DNA of 63,942 bases, the filler included, from Myxococcota bacterium (lineage in GTDB: Bacteria > Myxococcota_C > UBA6777), in NCBI GenBank assembly GCA_023150835.1. It is 3 parts of 3 records of this genome, joined end to end, with 100 filler letters (N's around TTAATTAATTAA, not from the genome) between each part and the next. Parts side by side here need not be neighbours in the genome. Positions count along the whole stretch, not along the records: positions 1 to 23,383 come from JAKLKB010000110.1; 2 more parts are not named here. One strand, written 5' to 3'. This document shows, piece after piece, positions 1 through 10,462 of this stretch. Numbering within the stretch: the stretch's first letter is position 1; every line of letters starts with the position of its first letter. The notes beneath the pieces were generated by a model. It was not told the DNA's origin. It made no database searches and was given only the letters and a program-made list of their open reading frames with translations. The translations under genes were made by a program, and so were the position numbers.

Positions 1-116
1 CTGCCCAACCGCTGAAGTCAGCCCCCTGTGGCTGCCCAACCGCTGAAGTCAGCCCCCTGTGGCTGCCCAACCGCTGAAGTCAGCCCCCTGTGGCTGCCCA
101 ACCACAGGGCGTCTAC
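1..116. repeat. 31-bp tandem array built on a GTAG-family REP core (truncated by window start)
   Basis: Unit CAGCCCCCTGTGGCTGCCCAACCGCTGAAGT occurs about 3 times and ends in GGGCGTCTAC. The same core occurs in the REP at 36826. Confidence 0.85.
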
Positions 117-220
117 AACGGATCGCAGCGATGTTTCATGTACACATCCGTCGGATATCGGCTCGCTTATATCTGCTCTAGCGAAGCGGCAGGTGATCTC
201 GATGAGAGAGGGGGATCGAT

Positions 221-3200
221 CTAGCGGGGCGAGGGTTTGTCTTTGCAAGAAGCCCATCCTGCGCCTTGTGCGCACTGACAAGCGTGGATGCGTTGATGAA
301 GCCAGTTTTTTTCGGTCTTTCGTGGCATCTCACGTAGATACTTTCGATAATGCTGCTCCGCCTCCTTCCATTCTTTCCGTGTGTAGGCTTCTTCGGCGGA
401 TTGCAGGATCTGTTGACCGTCCGAACACATCCGCAGCAATATCTTCAGCCCTTCGAGAAAAGCTTCGTAGCTCTTGGGAGAGAGAAACTTTAACACACTC
501 TCTCTTCGAGCATTCATATCGTCCATCAACAAGAGCACTTGTTGTTGGCCTTTGGAGGGCGCAGCATCCGCCAAAAACGCATGGATCACAGTGATCTCTT
601 GAAAGATCCGTGTCATCTCCTGAAGGGCCACCAAAGAGGCTTTGTCTTCACCAAAGGTCTCCAACAAAGCGATCCAGCGGGGCGGGAGATTCTTCCAAAG
701 ATGGAGCGCTTGGAGGATCTGCGAACGCCCAAGCAAGCGTTTGATCTGTTCGAGAAGCGAAAGCGTGCGCTTCCATGCTTCGGCTTCTTTGGCTTCTTCT
801 TCGAGGGCTTTGCTTTCCCACACAGGCTGCGTGATCGGATCTTGGGCGGAAGACAGACGCCAAGCTTCGGGCAAAGCAAATGCGGCCAACCAAGCCGAGA
901 GCGAGGTTTGGAGGCTTTCTTCGAGCGCTTTTTGATAGGCTTTTTGAAGGCGAAGTGCGTGGCGCGCCTGTTGCGACATCATGGCCCGTCGCTGCTGGAA
1001 AAACAGCAAATGAAACAGCGGCATCGAGCCGTGTGATTGAAGACGGACACGGACTTCACGCAGCGTCGCAGCCTCCGAACTGCGCTGTGTGGCCTGCACA
1101 AGCGATGTGATGTGCTGCACCAAAACACGCTGGGCGATCTCGTCTTCACGTAGCAGCGCAGCTTCGGCTTTCGCCCACGCAGCGGACTCTTTGGTGGTCA
1201 GATCAAGAATCGGCGTGATCCGACGAAAAAAGGACAGCGAAAGCGACGGAACCACAGGCGAAAGCAGCAACAAAGCTTTGCGCATCGAAGAAGCCGTCAT
1301 CGGCAACGATCGAAATTCGGCAAAGGCTTTTTGGGCGGCGGCGATGTCTTTTTGTACGATGGCCTGCTGGATTTGTACGAGAAGGTGTTGTCTTTTGGTT
1401 TGGCTGTGTTTTTGTTGCTCGCGTAGTCCGCGAAGAAGGGCTGTCGTTTTGTCTGCAACGCTGCGATCTTGGCGCGTATGTTTGGCGAATTGTTCAAAGT
1501 AGCGGATCGAGGCGTCCGGCTGCTGGAGCTTTTGCATCGCCCCGCCCATCGCCTCGAAAAGACCGGGAGAATACGCGCTATTCTCCCATCCTTTGACTTG
1601 CAGGGCAGCTCTCCAATGCTGCGCCGCCACCGCATAACGCTGTCGCTTCCACGCCGCATCGGCTTTTTCAACCCACGGCTTGATCTGCCCCGTGTTCTGG
1701 GCATAAAGCTCCTTGGCCTTCGTCTGTTTTTTCGCCGTTTCACTCGGTCCGGTCGGCAACCAGCGCGACGAAAACAATACACCCACGATCAAGAGCAACC
1801 CCAAGCCGCCCCCCACCAACAACAACCCGATCAGACCCGGACGCCGAACAGGCGAAGTATCCGACCGCAGAACAGGCGAAGCGACCGCAGAACGCGGATT
1901 GCGCGTTGAAGAAGCCCGCTTGGGTTCGTCAGGAAGGATCGGCGTGTAGGGGATGGCGTTTTGGGCAGAAGACGCAGGAGTCGCTGAAAATGCGGAAAGT
2001 GCGCGTCTTTCAGCAGAAGAAGCCGATGACACCGATGGCACCGATGACGCCGATGACACCGATGGCACCGATGACACCGATGACGCCGATGACGCCGATG
2101 ACACCGATGACGCCGATGCGGGAGGAGGCGTTTTTTCCGAAAAGCGCCGTTCAGGGATGGTTTGGGCCAACATCGCTTGGGCTTGTTCTGTTGCCACCAC
2201 AAGGCGATCAGGAACCGTCTTCGCCATCTCCACCAGCCCCGACGTGGAAGAGATCGGCTGTTCACGAAAAGTGTCCGCGTACGGTGAGTCAGGCTGTCCG
2301 CGTGCAGTGTCCGCGAACGGAGAGACATCGGGAAGATGCCCCAACATCTCGTCGATCTCGCGATTCGGCAGCGGTTGTGAAGGAGAAAAACTGGGCGCAG
2401 CGACCGTTGCAGCGGGCGCTTTCATGCTGCTACGCGGCGCAGACGTTGGTTGAGTGGGCGAAGAGCCTTGTTCGGACAAGATGCGCAAAAAATTCTCGCT
2501 GTGCGCCGTTGCAGTCAACGCCAACGGATGCGTGGGCGAAGACGCCGAGAAAGGCGGCGAATGAAGCGAAAAGGGTGAATCAAAGGCGGCATCTGGAGCG
2601 TGCTCGGCGGGGACTTGGGACCACGATGCGCTTTCGCTTTGGGGCAACGAGTCACTTGATGGGGCCTCTACACGCGCTTTGTTGACCCAAGGGTTTGGCG
2701 CGTTCAGAGGCTGCGCTTTGCGTGAAGCAGGTTCGTCTTGCGTCGGTGCGGATGCTGCGTACGATTCCTGCGCGATCTGATCGAGAAAGAGTAGTGTGAT
2801 ATTAGCGGGGATGTCCAATTGACGGGCAAAAGCATCGGTTTGATCGAGGCGAAGATTGGGCAACCCACGCAGCGCCTCTTGAAGTACACGACACGAAGGG
2901 TAACGCCGCTCTGGTTTTTTTTCCAAACACCGCAGGATGATGGTTTCGAGCATGGGGGCGATGTGAGGATTGTAGGTGCTTGGCAGGGGTGGAGGCTCGC
3001 TTTCGTGCTGACGCATCAAAGCAAGCGCGCTTTTTTGCCGAAAAGGTAGCGTCCCTGTAGCGATGCGGTACAACAAGATCCCCAAGCTGTAGACGTCCGA
3101 TCGCTGATCCACTTTCTTGCTATCCATGATCTGCTCGGGCGACATATACTTGGGCGTCCCAAGCACCGAACCCGTCACAGTGTTGGAGTTGGCTTCGTTG

Positions 3201-3730
3201 AGCAACTTCGCAACGCCAAAGTCCCCCAACTTCGGGACGATCTGCCGCCCATCAAAATGAAACAACACGTTGTCAGGCTTCAGATCACGATGGATCACTC
3301 CTCGTTCGTGGGCCAGCGCAAGAGCGTCCAACAGCGGATTCATCAGCGACCACACGCCTTGAAAGTCCAAGGAGCGCCCCCCGCGCTTCAACCAAAACTT
3401 GAGATCCCGCAGGTTGGCCCATTCCAACACAGTCCCAAAAAAAGGCGGCTGGTTGATCGCGTCTAGTACTTGGACGATGTGCGGGTGATTGATCTCGTAT
3501 TGGATGTAGGCTTCTTCGAGAAAGCGCTTGCGAAACTCGGGCGTCTCTGCGAGATGGGGAAAGAGGATCTTGAGGGCGACGTAGGCTTGTGTCGAAAGCT
3601 GTTTGGCCCGATAGATCCAAGCCATCCCCCCGCGCCCGACTTGTTGCTCCAACAAGTATCCTTGGAGAACTTGGCCGACCAAAGCTTGCTCTTGGGATTG
3701 CTTTCCTTGGGGCTGCGCGTGGTTTGCCAT
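221..3730 (-). CDS. Membrane Ser/Thr protein kinase with S/P/A-rich linker, one TM helix and helical (TPR-like) extracytoplasmic C-terminus
   Basis: GRGGMA P-loop, VALK, HRDLKPDN, DFG, GTPKYMSPE; TM segment LIGLLLVGGGLGLLLIVGVLF. Start overlaps the murB stop (TGATG). Confidence 0.92.
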   Translation of the reverse strand: MANHAQPQGKQSQEQALVGQVLQGYLLEQQVGRGGMAWIYRAKQLSTQAYVALKILFPHLAETPEFRKRFLEEAYIQYEINHPHIVQVLDAINQPPFFGTVLEWANLRDLKFWLKRGGRSLDFQGVWSLMNPLLDALALAHERGVIHRDLKPDNVLFHFDGRQIVPKLGDFGVAKLLNEANSNTVTGSVLGTPKYMSPEQIMDSKKVDQRSDVYSLGILLYRIATGTLPFRQKSALALMRQHESEPPPLPSTYNPHIAPMLETIILRCLEKKPERRYPSCRVLQEALRGLPNLRLDQTDAFARQLDIPANITLLFLDQIAQESYAASAPTQDEPASRKAQPLNAPNPWVNKARVEAPSSDSLPQSESASWSQVPAEHAPDAAFDSPFSLHSPPFSASSPTHPLALTATAHSENFLRILSEQGSSPTQPTSAPRSSMKAPAATVAAPSFSPSQPLPNREIDEMLGHLPDVSPFADTARGQPDSPYADTFREQPISSTSGLVEMAKTVPDRLVVATEQAQAMLAQTIPERRFSEKTPPPASASSVSSASSASSVSSVPSVSSASSVPSVSSASSAERRALSAFSATPASSAQNAIPYTPILPDEPKRASSTRNPRSAVASPVLRSDTSPVRRPGLIGLLLVGGGLGLLLIVGVLFSSRWLPTGPSETAKKQTKAKELYAQNTGQIKPWVEKADAAWKRQRYAVAAQHWRAALQVKGWENSAYSPGLFEAMGGAMQKLQQPDASIRYFEQFAKHTRQDRSVADKTTALLRGLREQQKHSQTKRQHLLVQIQQAIVQKDIAAAQKAFAEFRSLPMTASSMRKALLLLSPVVPSLSLSFFRRITPILDLTTKESAAWAKAEAALLREDEIAQRVLVQHITSLVQATQRSSEAATLREVRVRLQSHGSMPLFHLLFFQQRRAMMSQQARHALRLQKAYQKALEESLQTSLSAWLAAFALPEAWRLSSAQDPITQPVWESKALEEEAKEAEAWKRTLSLLEQIKRLLGRSQILQALHLWKNLPPRWIALLETFGEDKASLVALQEMTRIFQEITVIHAFLADAAPSKGQQQVLLLMDDMNARRESVLKFLSPKSYEAFLEGLKILLRMCSDGQQILQSAEEAYTRKEWKEAEQHYRKYLREMPRKTEKNWLHQRIHACQCAQGAGWASCKDKPSPR
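2022..2118. repeat. 9-bp in-frame tandem repeat (CCGATGACA/CCGATGACG/CCGATGGCA) encoding the SSA/SSV linker
   Basis: About 10-11 units are directly visible within the kinase gene. Confidence 0.9.
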
Positions 3731-4830
3731 CAGAGGCCCTCCTCAAACCCCAGAGCGATCGGCTCTGGCTGTAAACAGACACCACACACCTCTTGCACTC
3801 GTTGCTGGATATGTCGCGCAAAGGCCATCACTTCAGAAGCTGGCGCTCCGCCTCGATTGATCAGGGCCAGCGTATGACGCTGCGAGATGCCGACGGCTCC
3901 GTCACCATAGCCTTTCGGCATCCCACAACGCTCGATCAGCCAAGCCGCTGATAGCTTGACATGCGTTTGCTGTTCCGTCGGATAGACCGGCATCTGCTCT
4001 CCATCTGCAAGGCCCTGTGCAAGGCGCTCACGCACCGCATCCGCCATCGAACGCAAGACGACAGGGTTGGTAAAAAAAGACCCTGCGCTTCGGGCGTTTG
4101 GGTCATCGAGATCCCATACCATGCTCTTTTGACGGCGGATCGTCAACACCGCCTCTCGCACCTCGCGCAAGGATGGGTTCGATCGTCCCGCAAAGTATGC
4201 CTGTAAGTCTCGATAACGCAGCGATGGAGCTTTCTCCTGCCAAAGCCCCAACACCACTGCCAACACCACATAACGCGACCCGCCTTCTTGTTTCAAACGA
4301 CTTTCGCGATAACCAAAACGCCAATCCTCCGCGTTCCAACGCACAACACGGCGCTCCTCCCGATCCCAAAGCTCGCTCTCCACGAATACTTCTCGCAGTT
4401 CTTGGCCGTACGCACCGATATTCTGGATCGGCGCAGCCCCCACATGCCCCGGTATCCCCGACAAACACTCGATCCCCGCAAGCCCCCGTTCCACCGACCA
4501 CAACACCAGATCATCCCACGCACACCCCGCTTCTGCCCGCACCAACTCCAGCCCCGATCCTTTCGCGATCACGCTCAGCCCCCGCATCTGCGGCTGGATC
4601 ACCAATCCCCGCAATCCCTGATCCGCGATCACCACATTGCTCCCTCCCCCCAACCACCAAACCCGCAACCCCTCCGCCTCCGCCCAATCCACACAAGCCA
4701 CCAACGACGCAACATCTCTCGGACGCCCCAAATAATCCGCCCCCCCCCCTACACCCAACGTCGTCAACGGAGCCAAGGCCACCTCCGCCTCAATCGGTAG
4801 GCCCGCAGGGATCTTCCTCACTTGCGACAT
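3730..4830 (-). CDS. murB: UDP-N-acetylenolpyruvoylglucosamine reductase
   Basis: LAPLTTLGVGG, GGGSN, GIPGHVGAAPIQNIGAYG, FGYRES, SAGSFFTNP, LSAAWLIE, HTLALIN motifs. Confidence 0.96.
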   Translation of the reverse strand: MSQVRKIPAGLPIEAEVALAPLTTLGVGGGADYLGRPRDVASLVACVDWAEAEGLRVWWLGGGSNVVIADQGLRGLVIQPQMRGLSVIAKGSGLELVRAEAGCAWDDLVLWSVERGLAGIECLSGIPGHVGAAPIQNIGAYGQELREVFVESELWDREERRVVRWNAEDWRFGYRESRLKQEGGSRYVVLAVVLGLWQEKAPSLRYRDLQAYFAGRSNPSLREVREAVLTIRRQKSMVWDLDDPNARSAGSFFTNPVVLRSMADAVRERLAQGLADGEQMPVYPTEQQTHVKLSAAWLIERCGMPKGYGDGAVGISQRHTLALINRGGAPASEVMAFARHIQQRVQEVCGVCLQPEPIALGFEEGL

Positions 4831-4861
4831 CCGCTCGCTCCTCCTTGATTCTTCCCGATAT

Positions 4862-6430
4862 CTACGGCTTGATCTCTCCGATACCGACGATATTTGAGGC
4901 GATCACACCGTTGCGTCGGCGATCTCCAGCCGCATCCAATGCCCCGTCAGGCCGTCGAACGATGGTCTGTACACCTCCGTAAAACATATTCTGCGCTTGC
5001 CATCGCACCACAGGAGCGATCTCCGAAAGCATATACGCACCTTCTTCAAAGCCGGGTTCCAGATGAAGGCCGTGTGGTTCAAAGTGCATCCGAGGCCCAT
5101 TGACCGCCGCATCCACACCCAAGCCGAGATCGAGCAGCTTGACGATCACCTGCAAGATCGCAGAGCGGATGCGATTGGAGCCGCCGCTTCCCATCACAGC
5201 ACGCCAACGCTCTTGGGCATCCAACAAGATCGTCGGAGACATCATCGACGAGACCCGCACATCCTCTTTCCATTGATGAAAGCCATGCGGTGAAAGATCT
5301 TCTTCACCCAACATATTGTTGAGCATCATCCCCGTCCCTGCGGGGACATAGCCTGATCCCTCGCCATTCGATCCAGTCATCGCCGCTGCGTTGCCCTCTT
5401 CGTCGACGATGCTGATGTGCGACGTGCTGCCCGAACGGCTCTGAAACCCCTCTTGGATCTGCGAAAAAAAGTCTTCCGCAAAAAATCGCTCGATCACGTC
5501 GGCATCAAACAGGTGATGATCAAGGCGCGTACGTCGGGCTTCTCGCGTGGCTCGCATCGCTTCCCCGATCAGCTTGGCGTAGGCTGTCGAACCTGCTCGA
5601 AGACGCCTCAGATCGTGGCCTTCCAACAGCGCCAAGGTGAACGCGATCAACGCTCCCCCCGAACTTGGCGGGGGGTTGGTCAACAAGAAGTGATCGCGAT
5701 AACGCCGCCGCAGCGGTTTGCGCTCGATCACTTGATACCCCCGCAGATCCGCCATCGTCAAATAACCGCCTCGCTGCTCACAGTCTTGCACGATGCGTTG
5801 CGCGATCTCGCCTTCATAAAATCCCCGCTTACCCTCACGTTGCAAAAACTCCAACATCTCCGCAAATTCCGGCAACCTTTGCCAATGGCCTTTCTGCAAC
5901 AGCCGTCCCTCTGGAGCAAACAACGCTCGCGTCGCTTCGTGTTGGACCAATATGGGCCGAAGCATCGAATAATTCAGCGACTGCGCATCATCCACTTCAA
6001 ATCCTTCACGCGCCAAACGGATCGCAGGCCCCATCAGATCAGCCAACGGCAACGTACAAAAACGTTCATGTAGCCGAAAGATCCCCGCGATCCCGCCCGG
6101 AACAGCGATCGATCCCAGACCCACATGAAACTCTTGGGTCGTCGCGCCAAAATCCACATGTATCGGATAAAAATCGAGCTCCGCTTCGGGGCGTTTGTAC
6201 TTGGGCGTCTGCACAAAAAAATCCAACACCACATCTTCGCGCCCTGCACTGTGTGCCAACAAAAATCCACCACCACCCGCCGATATCAAACACGGCTCCG
6301 CCACAAAAGCCGCAAGCATCGCACCCAACATCGCATCAAACGCATTCCCCCCTTGCTCCAAGATCTGCAACCCCGCACGCGCTGTCTCCACATGACCCGC
6401 CGCCACAATTCCCTTCTTTGCCGATGGCAT
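4862..6430 (-). CDS. ggt: Gamma-glutamyltransferase family protein
   Basis: GGNAFDA, GGGGF, SIAVPG, PPPSSGG, nucleophile Thr in GSTSHISIVD, SSMMSPT, GSGGSNRI. Start placed at the ATG 8 nt after an AGGAG. Confidence 0.92.
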   Translation of the reverse strand: MPSAKKGIVAAGHVETARAGLQILEQGGNAFDAMLGAMLAAFVAEPCLISAGGGGFLLAHSAGREDVVLDFFVQTPKYKRPEAELDFYPIHVDFGATTQEFHVGLGSIAVPGGIAGIFRLHERFCTLPLADLMGPAIRLAREGFEVDDAQSLNYSMLRPILVQHEATRALFAPEGRLLQKGHWQRLPEFAEMLEFLQREGKRGFYEGEIAQRIVQDCEQRGGYLTMADLRGYQVIERKPLRRRYRDHFLLTNPPPSSGGALIAFTLALLEGHDLRRLRAGSTAYAKLIGEAMRATREARRTRLDHHLFDADVIERFFAEDFFSQIQEGFQSRSGSTSHISIVDEEGNAAAMTGSNGEGSGYVPAGTGMMLNNMLGEEDLSPHGFHQWKEDVRVSSMMSPTILLDAQERWRAVMGSGGSNRIRSAILQVIVKLLDLGLGVDAAVNGPRMHFEPHGLHLEPGFEEGAYMLSEIAPVVRWQAQNMFYGGVQTIVRRPDGALDAAGDRRRNGVIASNIVGIGEIKP

Positions 6431-6480
6431 CTTCATCTCTCCTACCGACGACGATTTTTCCTTTGCAACATCCAGCCTGT

Positions 6481-7419
6481 TTACGCCCTTCCATCCGCAC
6501 CATCCGCACCATTCGCAGCCCCCGAAGCTCGGCGCTTGTCTTGCGACCAGTACAACGCCAACGACGAACCCGCGATCAAGTGCCACACTCCCCACCATGC
6601 TGCGATGATCGCCATCCCGCCCTTACCATCAAAAAAATTAAAGATCAACACCAACCCCAACCCCGAGTTCTGTATCCCCACTTCGATCGTCACCGCTCGC
6701 CGATCCAACACATCCAATCTCCCCAACCATCCGCTCACATAGCCCGTCAAAAAGGCCAGTCCGTTGTGGATCGCCACCAACACAAAGATCAATTCCAGCG
6801 ATCTGAGAAAATGGCTCCAATTGTTCGCCAACGCCAACACCACAAACCCCGCAAACGCCACCAAAGAAAATACCTGAAACGGCCCACGTATCCGCGCAGC
6901 CCAATGACTCGCTCTCGCCGCCACAAGCATCCCCAACACCAACGGCAACAACAACAGCCACAGCACCGATTGGAACATCTGCCAAAAATCAACATGCACC
7001 TCTTGCATCGCCTTTGCCGTCTCCGGCAACAACCCCGCCCAAAATGCAAAGTTCCAAGGCGTCAAGATCACCGCAACCAACGAAACCACCGCTGTCATCG
7101 ACACCGATAAACTCGTATTCCCTCCCGCCATGTGCGTCAAAAAATTCGAAACGTTCCCACCCGGACAAGCCGCCACCAAAAACATCCCCAACGCAATGCT
7201 CGGCGAAGGACGCCACAGCCACACCAACACCCACGTCACCGCAGGCAAAAACACCAACTGCGCCAACAAACCCACCGCCATCGCTCGCGGCTGCTCAAAC
7301 ACCCCCCGAAAGTCCGACACTTTCAAATCCAACGATACACCAAACATCACCAACCCCAAGATCACGTTGAGCACCATCAACGACTGGGGATTAAAATTCA
7401 AACGGATCTGATCCTCCAT
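6481..7419 (-). CDS. Bile acid:sodium symporter (BASS) family transporter
   Basis: MFGVSLDL, AACPGGNVSNFLT, GNTSLSVSMT, IEVGIQNSGLG; multiple TM helices. Confidence 0.93.
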   Translation of the reverse strand: MEDQIRLNFNPQSLMVLNVILGLVMFGVSLDLKVSDFRGVFEQPRAMAVGLLAQLVFLPAVTWVLVWLWRPSPSIALGMFLVAACPGGNVSNFLTHMAGGNTSLSVSMTAVVSLVAVILTPWNFAFWAGLLPETAKAMQEVHVDFWQMFQSVLWLLLLPLVLGMLVAARASHWAARIRGPFQVFSLVAFAGFVVLALANNWSHFLRSLELIFVLVAIHNGLAFLTGYVSGWLGRLDVLDRRAVTIEVGIQNSGLGLVLIFNFFDGKGGMAIIAAWWGVWHLIAGSSLALYWSQDKRRASGAANGADGADGRA

Positions 7420-7781
7420 GCGCTCCACTCCCTTTCTTCCGAAACCACGCCCAAAAACCACGCCCTTCCAAAACCGAACGCCTCGCATTCTTCCCGAAAA
7501 CAACGCCACAGCGCAATGCCCCCTTGTCTACACCTTCTGCTCGCGGCATCCTCCCGCCCCACAAACGCCACCACAACGGCGTTCCGTTGGTTTTTTCTGC
7601 CCCAAAGGATCGCACCTTGAGCAAACGCAATACACATCCCAAAAAACCACCCCACCCCAAGATCCCTCCCTCCCCAAACTCCCGCCTTCACACCCAAAAA
7701 CCACCCCACCCCAAAGCTCGCCCGCCTACACCTCCCGCGCAAACCTCCTCTCTCCACACCGAAAACCCTTCTCGGCCCTCC

Positions 7782-9431
7782 ATGCCCAGCTTCCCAGCAC
7801 ATCTCAGCCCTGATATCCCCAACCTCTCCCGCCCTGCTTCGGGGATGTACCGCGCCGAGATCCTCCCCACCATCGAACAACCCACCACCACACCCCTCCA
7901 AGCCCAACCCCTCCACTTCCGCACGATCACCGCCATCATCGTCGGCTCGCTCCTTGTTTGGCTCTCCTTGCTCTGGCCCTACACGCAACCCCTCTGGCCT
8001 CTCCCCCAAACTCCCGAAGCCACCCTCAACTTCCTCGGCAGCGCACACCGCGCCCTCGGCGTCTTGCTCGCCTCCACCCTCACCCTCACCGCTATCGCTA
8101 TCCCCCTCACCGCCAACAATTACACCCCCAAACTCATCTCCCTTTTTCTTAAAAACCACCTCAATCAAGCGATGTTTGCTCTCTTTACTTTCGCCAACGT
8201 CTTTACCCTCTTTGCGATCGTCTGGTCGGGAACCGCCCGCCCTCCCCTCTGGCCCCTCGCCCTCACCGGCTTTTTTACCACCGTCAGCTTTCTCTTGATC
8301 ATCCCCTACGCTTTTTACGTCTTCCGCGACCTCCAACCTGAGATGATCATCTGCAACATCGGGCGCGGCATCATCCAAGATCTGTCCCGCGTCCCTTCTC
8401 TCCAAGACCCTTCACACATCTCCTACATCCGCCACCGCATCATCCAAGATCTCAAGTACCTCTCCAACATCACCCTGCGCTCCGTCGAGCGCCATGACCG
8501 CGACACCGCCTCCTTTAGCATCGACGCCCTCCGCTGCATCCTCGACCATTATTTCAAACTCAAAGACACCATGCCCACTCCTTGGTTTGAAGTCCAACGT
8601 AGCGACTTTCTCGCTCACTCAGGTGAACTCCGACGCCAATTCCAAGAAAATCGTACCTTCCTCGAAGGCGAAGTCATGGAAGAATTCGCCATGATCCTCG
8701 CTGGCTCCTTTGGCAAACTCCACGATATCGTCCGTATGCTCAGCGAAACCATGAGCTACATCGGTATGCAAGCACAAAGGCACAACCTCCCCCGCGTCCT
8801 CGAAACCACTTCCCTCTACTTCAACACCTACCTGCGCGCCGCCATCTCTCTACGCCACCCCAACGCCATCTATATGCTCGTCTTCCACTACCGCAAACTC
8901 GCCGAAGCCCTCATGCTCGTTAACCCCGAACGCACCGTCAAGATCGCCTTCTATCTCGATTACTACGGACACCAAGCCGTCCGCTCCGGCATGGTCTTCG
9001 TCGCCAACCTCATCGCCTACGATCTCGCCGACCTCACCGCACTCGCCTACCAACGCCAAGCCTCCTGCCGAAAAGAACTTTTCCAGCACTTCCTTCAATT
9101 CGATAACGAAGACCAGATGCGCCGCCTTCCCGGTGTGATCAAAAGCCACATCAAGCTCGCAACCACCCTCTATCCTCTCGAAGCTCTCGAAGAAGTCGAC
9201 GCCATCTGCCTCGCCCTTCAAAAAGTCCCCCACGACCTGCTCTCCGATGCCTTCCAACAAATCGACGGCGTACAACACAGCACCTACTGGGAAGTGACGG
9301 ACCGCCGCAAGCACAATGACTTCATCGAACCCGCTTTCCGCCCCTACTTCGACGCCCTCCGCAAACGCCTCCACGCCTCTCCCTCCACCCCTCCCGCCGC
9401 GATCCCCCACAACCCCCACACGATCCAATAA
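7782..9431 (+). CDS. DUF2254-like membrane protein with helical C-terminal domain (start uncertain, 7782 or 7845)
   Basis: Four TM helices with LTAIAIPLTANNYTPKLISLFLKN, resembling the DUF2254 S-x-x-Y-S/T-P-R/K motif. Confidence 0.7.
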   Translation: MPSFPAHLSPDIPNLSRPASGMYRAEILPTIEQPTTTPLQAQPLHFRTITAIIVGSLLVWLSLLWPYTQPLWPLPQTPEATLNFLGSAHRALGVLLASTLTLTAIAIPLTANNYTPKLISLFLKNHLNQAMFALFTFANVFTLFAIVWSGTARPPLWPLALTGFFTTVSFLLIIPYAFYVFRDLQPEMIICNIGRGIIQDLSRVPSLQDPSHISYIRHRIIQDLKYLSNITLRSVERHDRDTASFSIDALRCILDHYFKLKDTMPTPWFEVQRSDFLAHSGELRRQFQENRTFLEGEVMEEFAMILAGSFGKLHDIVRMLSETMSYIGMQAQRHNLPRVLETTSLYFNTYLRAAISLRHPNAIYMLVFHYRKLAEALMLVNPERTVKIAFYLDYYGHQAVRSGMVFVANLIAYDLADLTALAYQRQASCRKELFQHFLQFDNEDQMRRLPGVIKSHIKLATTLYPLEALEEVDAICLALQKVPHDLLSDAFQQIDGVQHSTYWEVTDRRKHNDFIEPAFRPYFDALRKRLHASPSTPPAAIPHNPHTIQ

Positions 9432-9432
9432 G

Positions 9433-9558
9433 TTTGGTGGGGTTCCACCCCACACCCCGCCATAGACAGTCGCCCCTTGACCCCGTATTGGCGAAACGAT
9501 CATCGTTTTCTACACAAACAACTCTCTCGCTTGAACAGGCACGAACACGGGGTTTTTT
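9433..9558 (+). repeat. Dispersed ~125-bp structured repeat, copy A
   Basis: TGGGGTTCCACCCCA...CCCCTTGACCCCGTATTGGCGAA...TCGCTTG...CGAACACGGGG; matches eight other intergenic copies. Confidence 0.85.
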
Positions 9559-9711
9559 GGCGACGGGTCACTTCGATGCAGAGACGAGTCGAAAAACTCT
9601 CGACTCTTTTCGACATCCGCTTACTTTTAATTCTCACAAACGACTCTATCGCCCGCAATATCCGTAAAAACGGCATCGATCCCACCCTCTCCTGCCAAAG
9701 AAAAAAGCCAA

Positions 9712-10257
9712 CTAGCGCGTCGGTTCGTCATATACCCCGTTCTCTTCGCCTTCTTCGTCATCTTCGTCCCAGATCCGCTGCCTTGCGCGGGCAGAAAAAC
9801 GCACCAACGCCTCTGCACAACTGACCTTCAATCGTTCTTCTCCACCATAATCCATCGCCCAGATCCGCCGTTTTTCTTCCCACACGCCGAGGATCGCCCC
9901 CAATAGTCCGCCCAGATCGCCACCCTCAAACTCTTTGGGATATCCCACCCCGTGCCGTTCGGCGATCTTGACGCGGCCTTGTTGTGTAGCCCCTGCGATC
10001 CGCTTGATCAGTTCCGCCCCCACCGCTGCGATCCCCTCGAAACTGCACAACGCAAAACGCACACACACATAATGTTGCGCATAATACAAGATCTCGATCA
10101 CATGGCGCTCATCTTCGTACAAAAACCAGCTCATCGCGTTATAGCCATGCAAATAACGCACATGCGGCAACCCCAACAAACACGCTTTGATCGCCTCTGG
10201 CGTCTCGATCCGCGCTTCGATTTCCACTCGGAGATCTTCGATTCCCATCGCCACCAC
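9712..10257 (-). CDS. Hypothetical protein
   Basis: 181-aa ORF with globular-looking composition and an acidic tail; fills the gap between genes; no family recognised. Confidence 0.6.
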   Translation of the reverse strand: MVAMGIEDLRVEIEARIETPEAIKACLLGLPHVRYLHGYNAMSWFLYEDERHVIEILYYAQHYVCVRFALCSFEGIAAVGAELIKRIAGATQQGRVKIAERHGVGYPKEFEGGDLGGLLGAILGVWEEKRRIWAMDYGGEERLKVSCAEALVRFSARARQRIWDEDDEEGEENGVYDEPTR

Positions 10258-10462
10258 TCATCTTTCCAAAACACAAGTCCTTGCGTTGCGCATCCCTAAC
10301 AGATGGTCAAAGATATCCCTCGACGCAAGGGGCCAACCCTCGATATCCCCAAAACATACGCGGCCAAACGCAGATCACGCTAGGCGACACGCCCAAGGTG
10401 TGCTACACAAACCCTCGCAAACTGCTGTCCACCCGATGCAAACTCACCCCTCCGAGGTCCGC

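Noticed and set aside
1-116. 31-, 37-, 41- and 74-bp arrays as CRISPR arrays
   Set aside because: The units are head-to-tail with identical intervening sequence, so there are no unique spacers.
9433-9558. The 125-bp dispersed element as attC sites for IntI
   Set aside because: No RYYYAAC/GTTRRRY boxes, both orientations occur, and the copies flank housekeeping genes.
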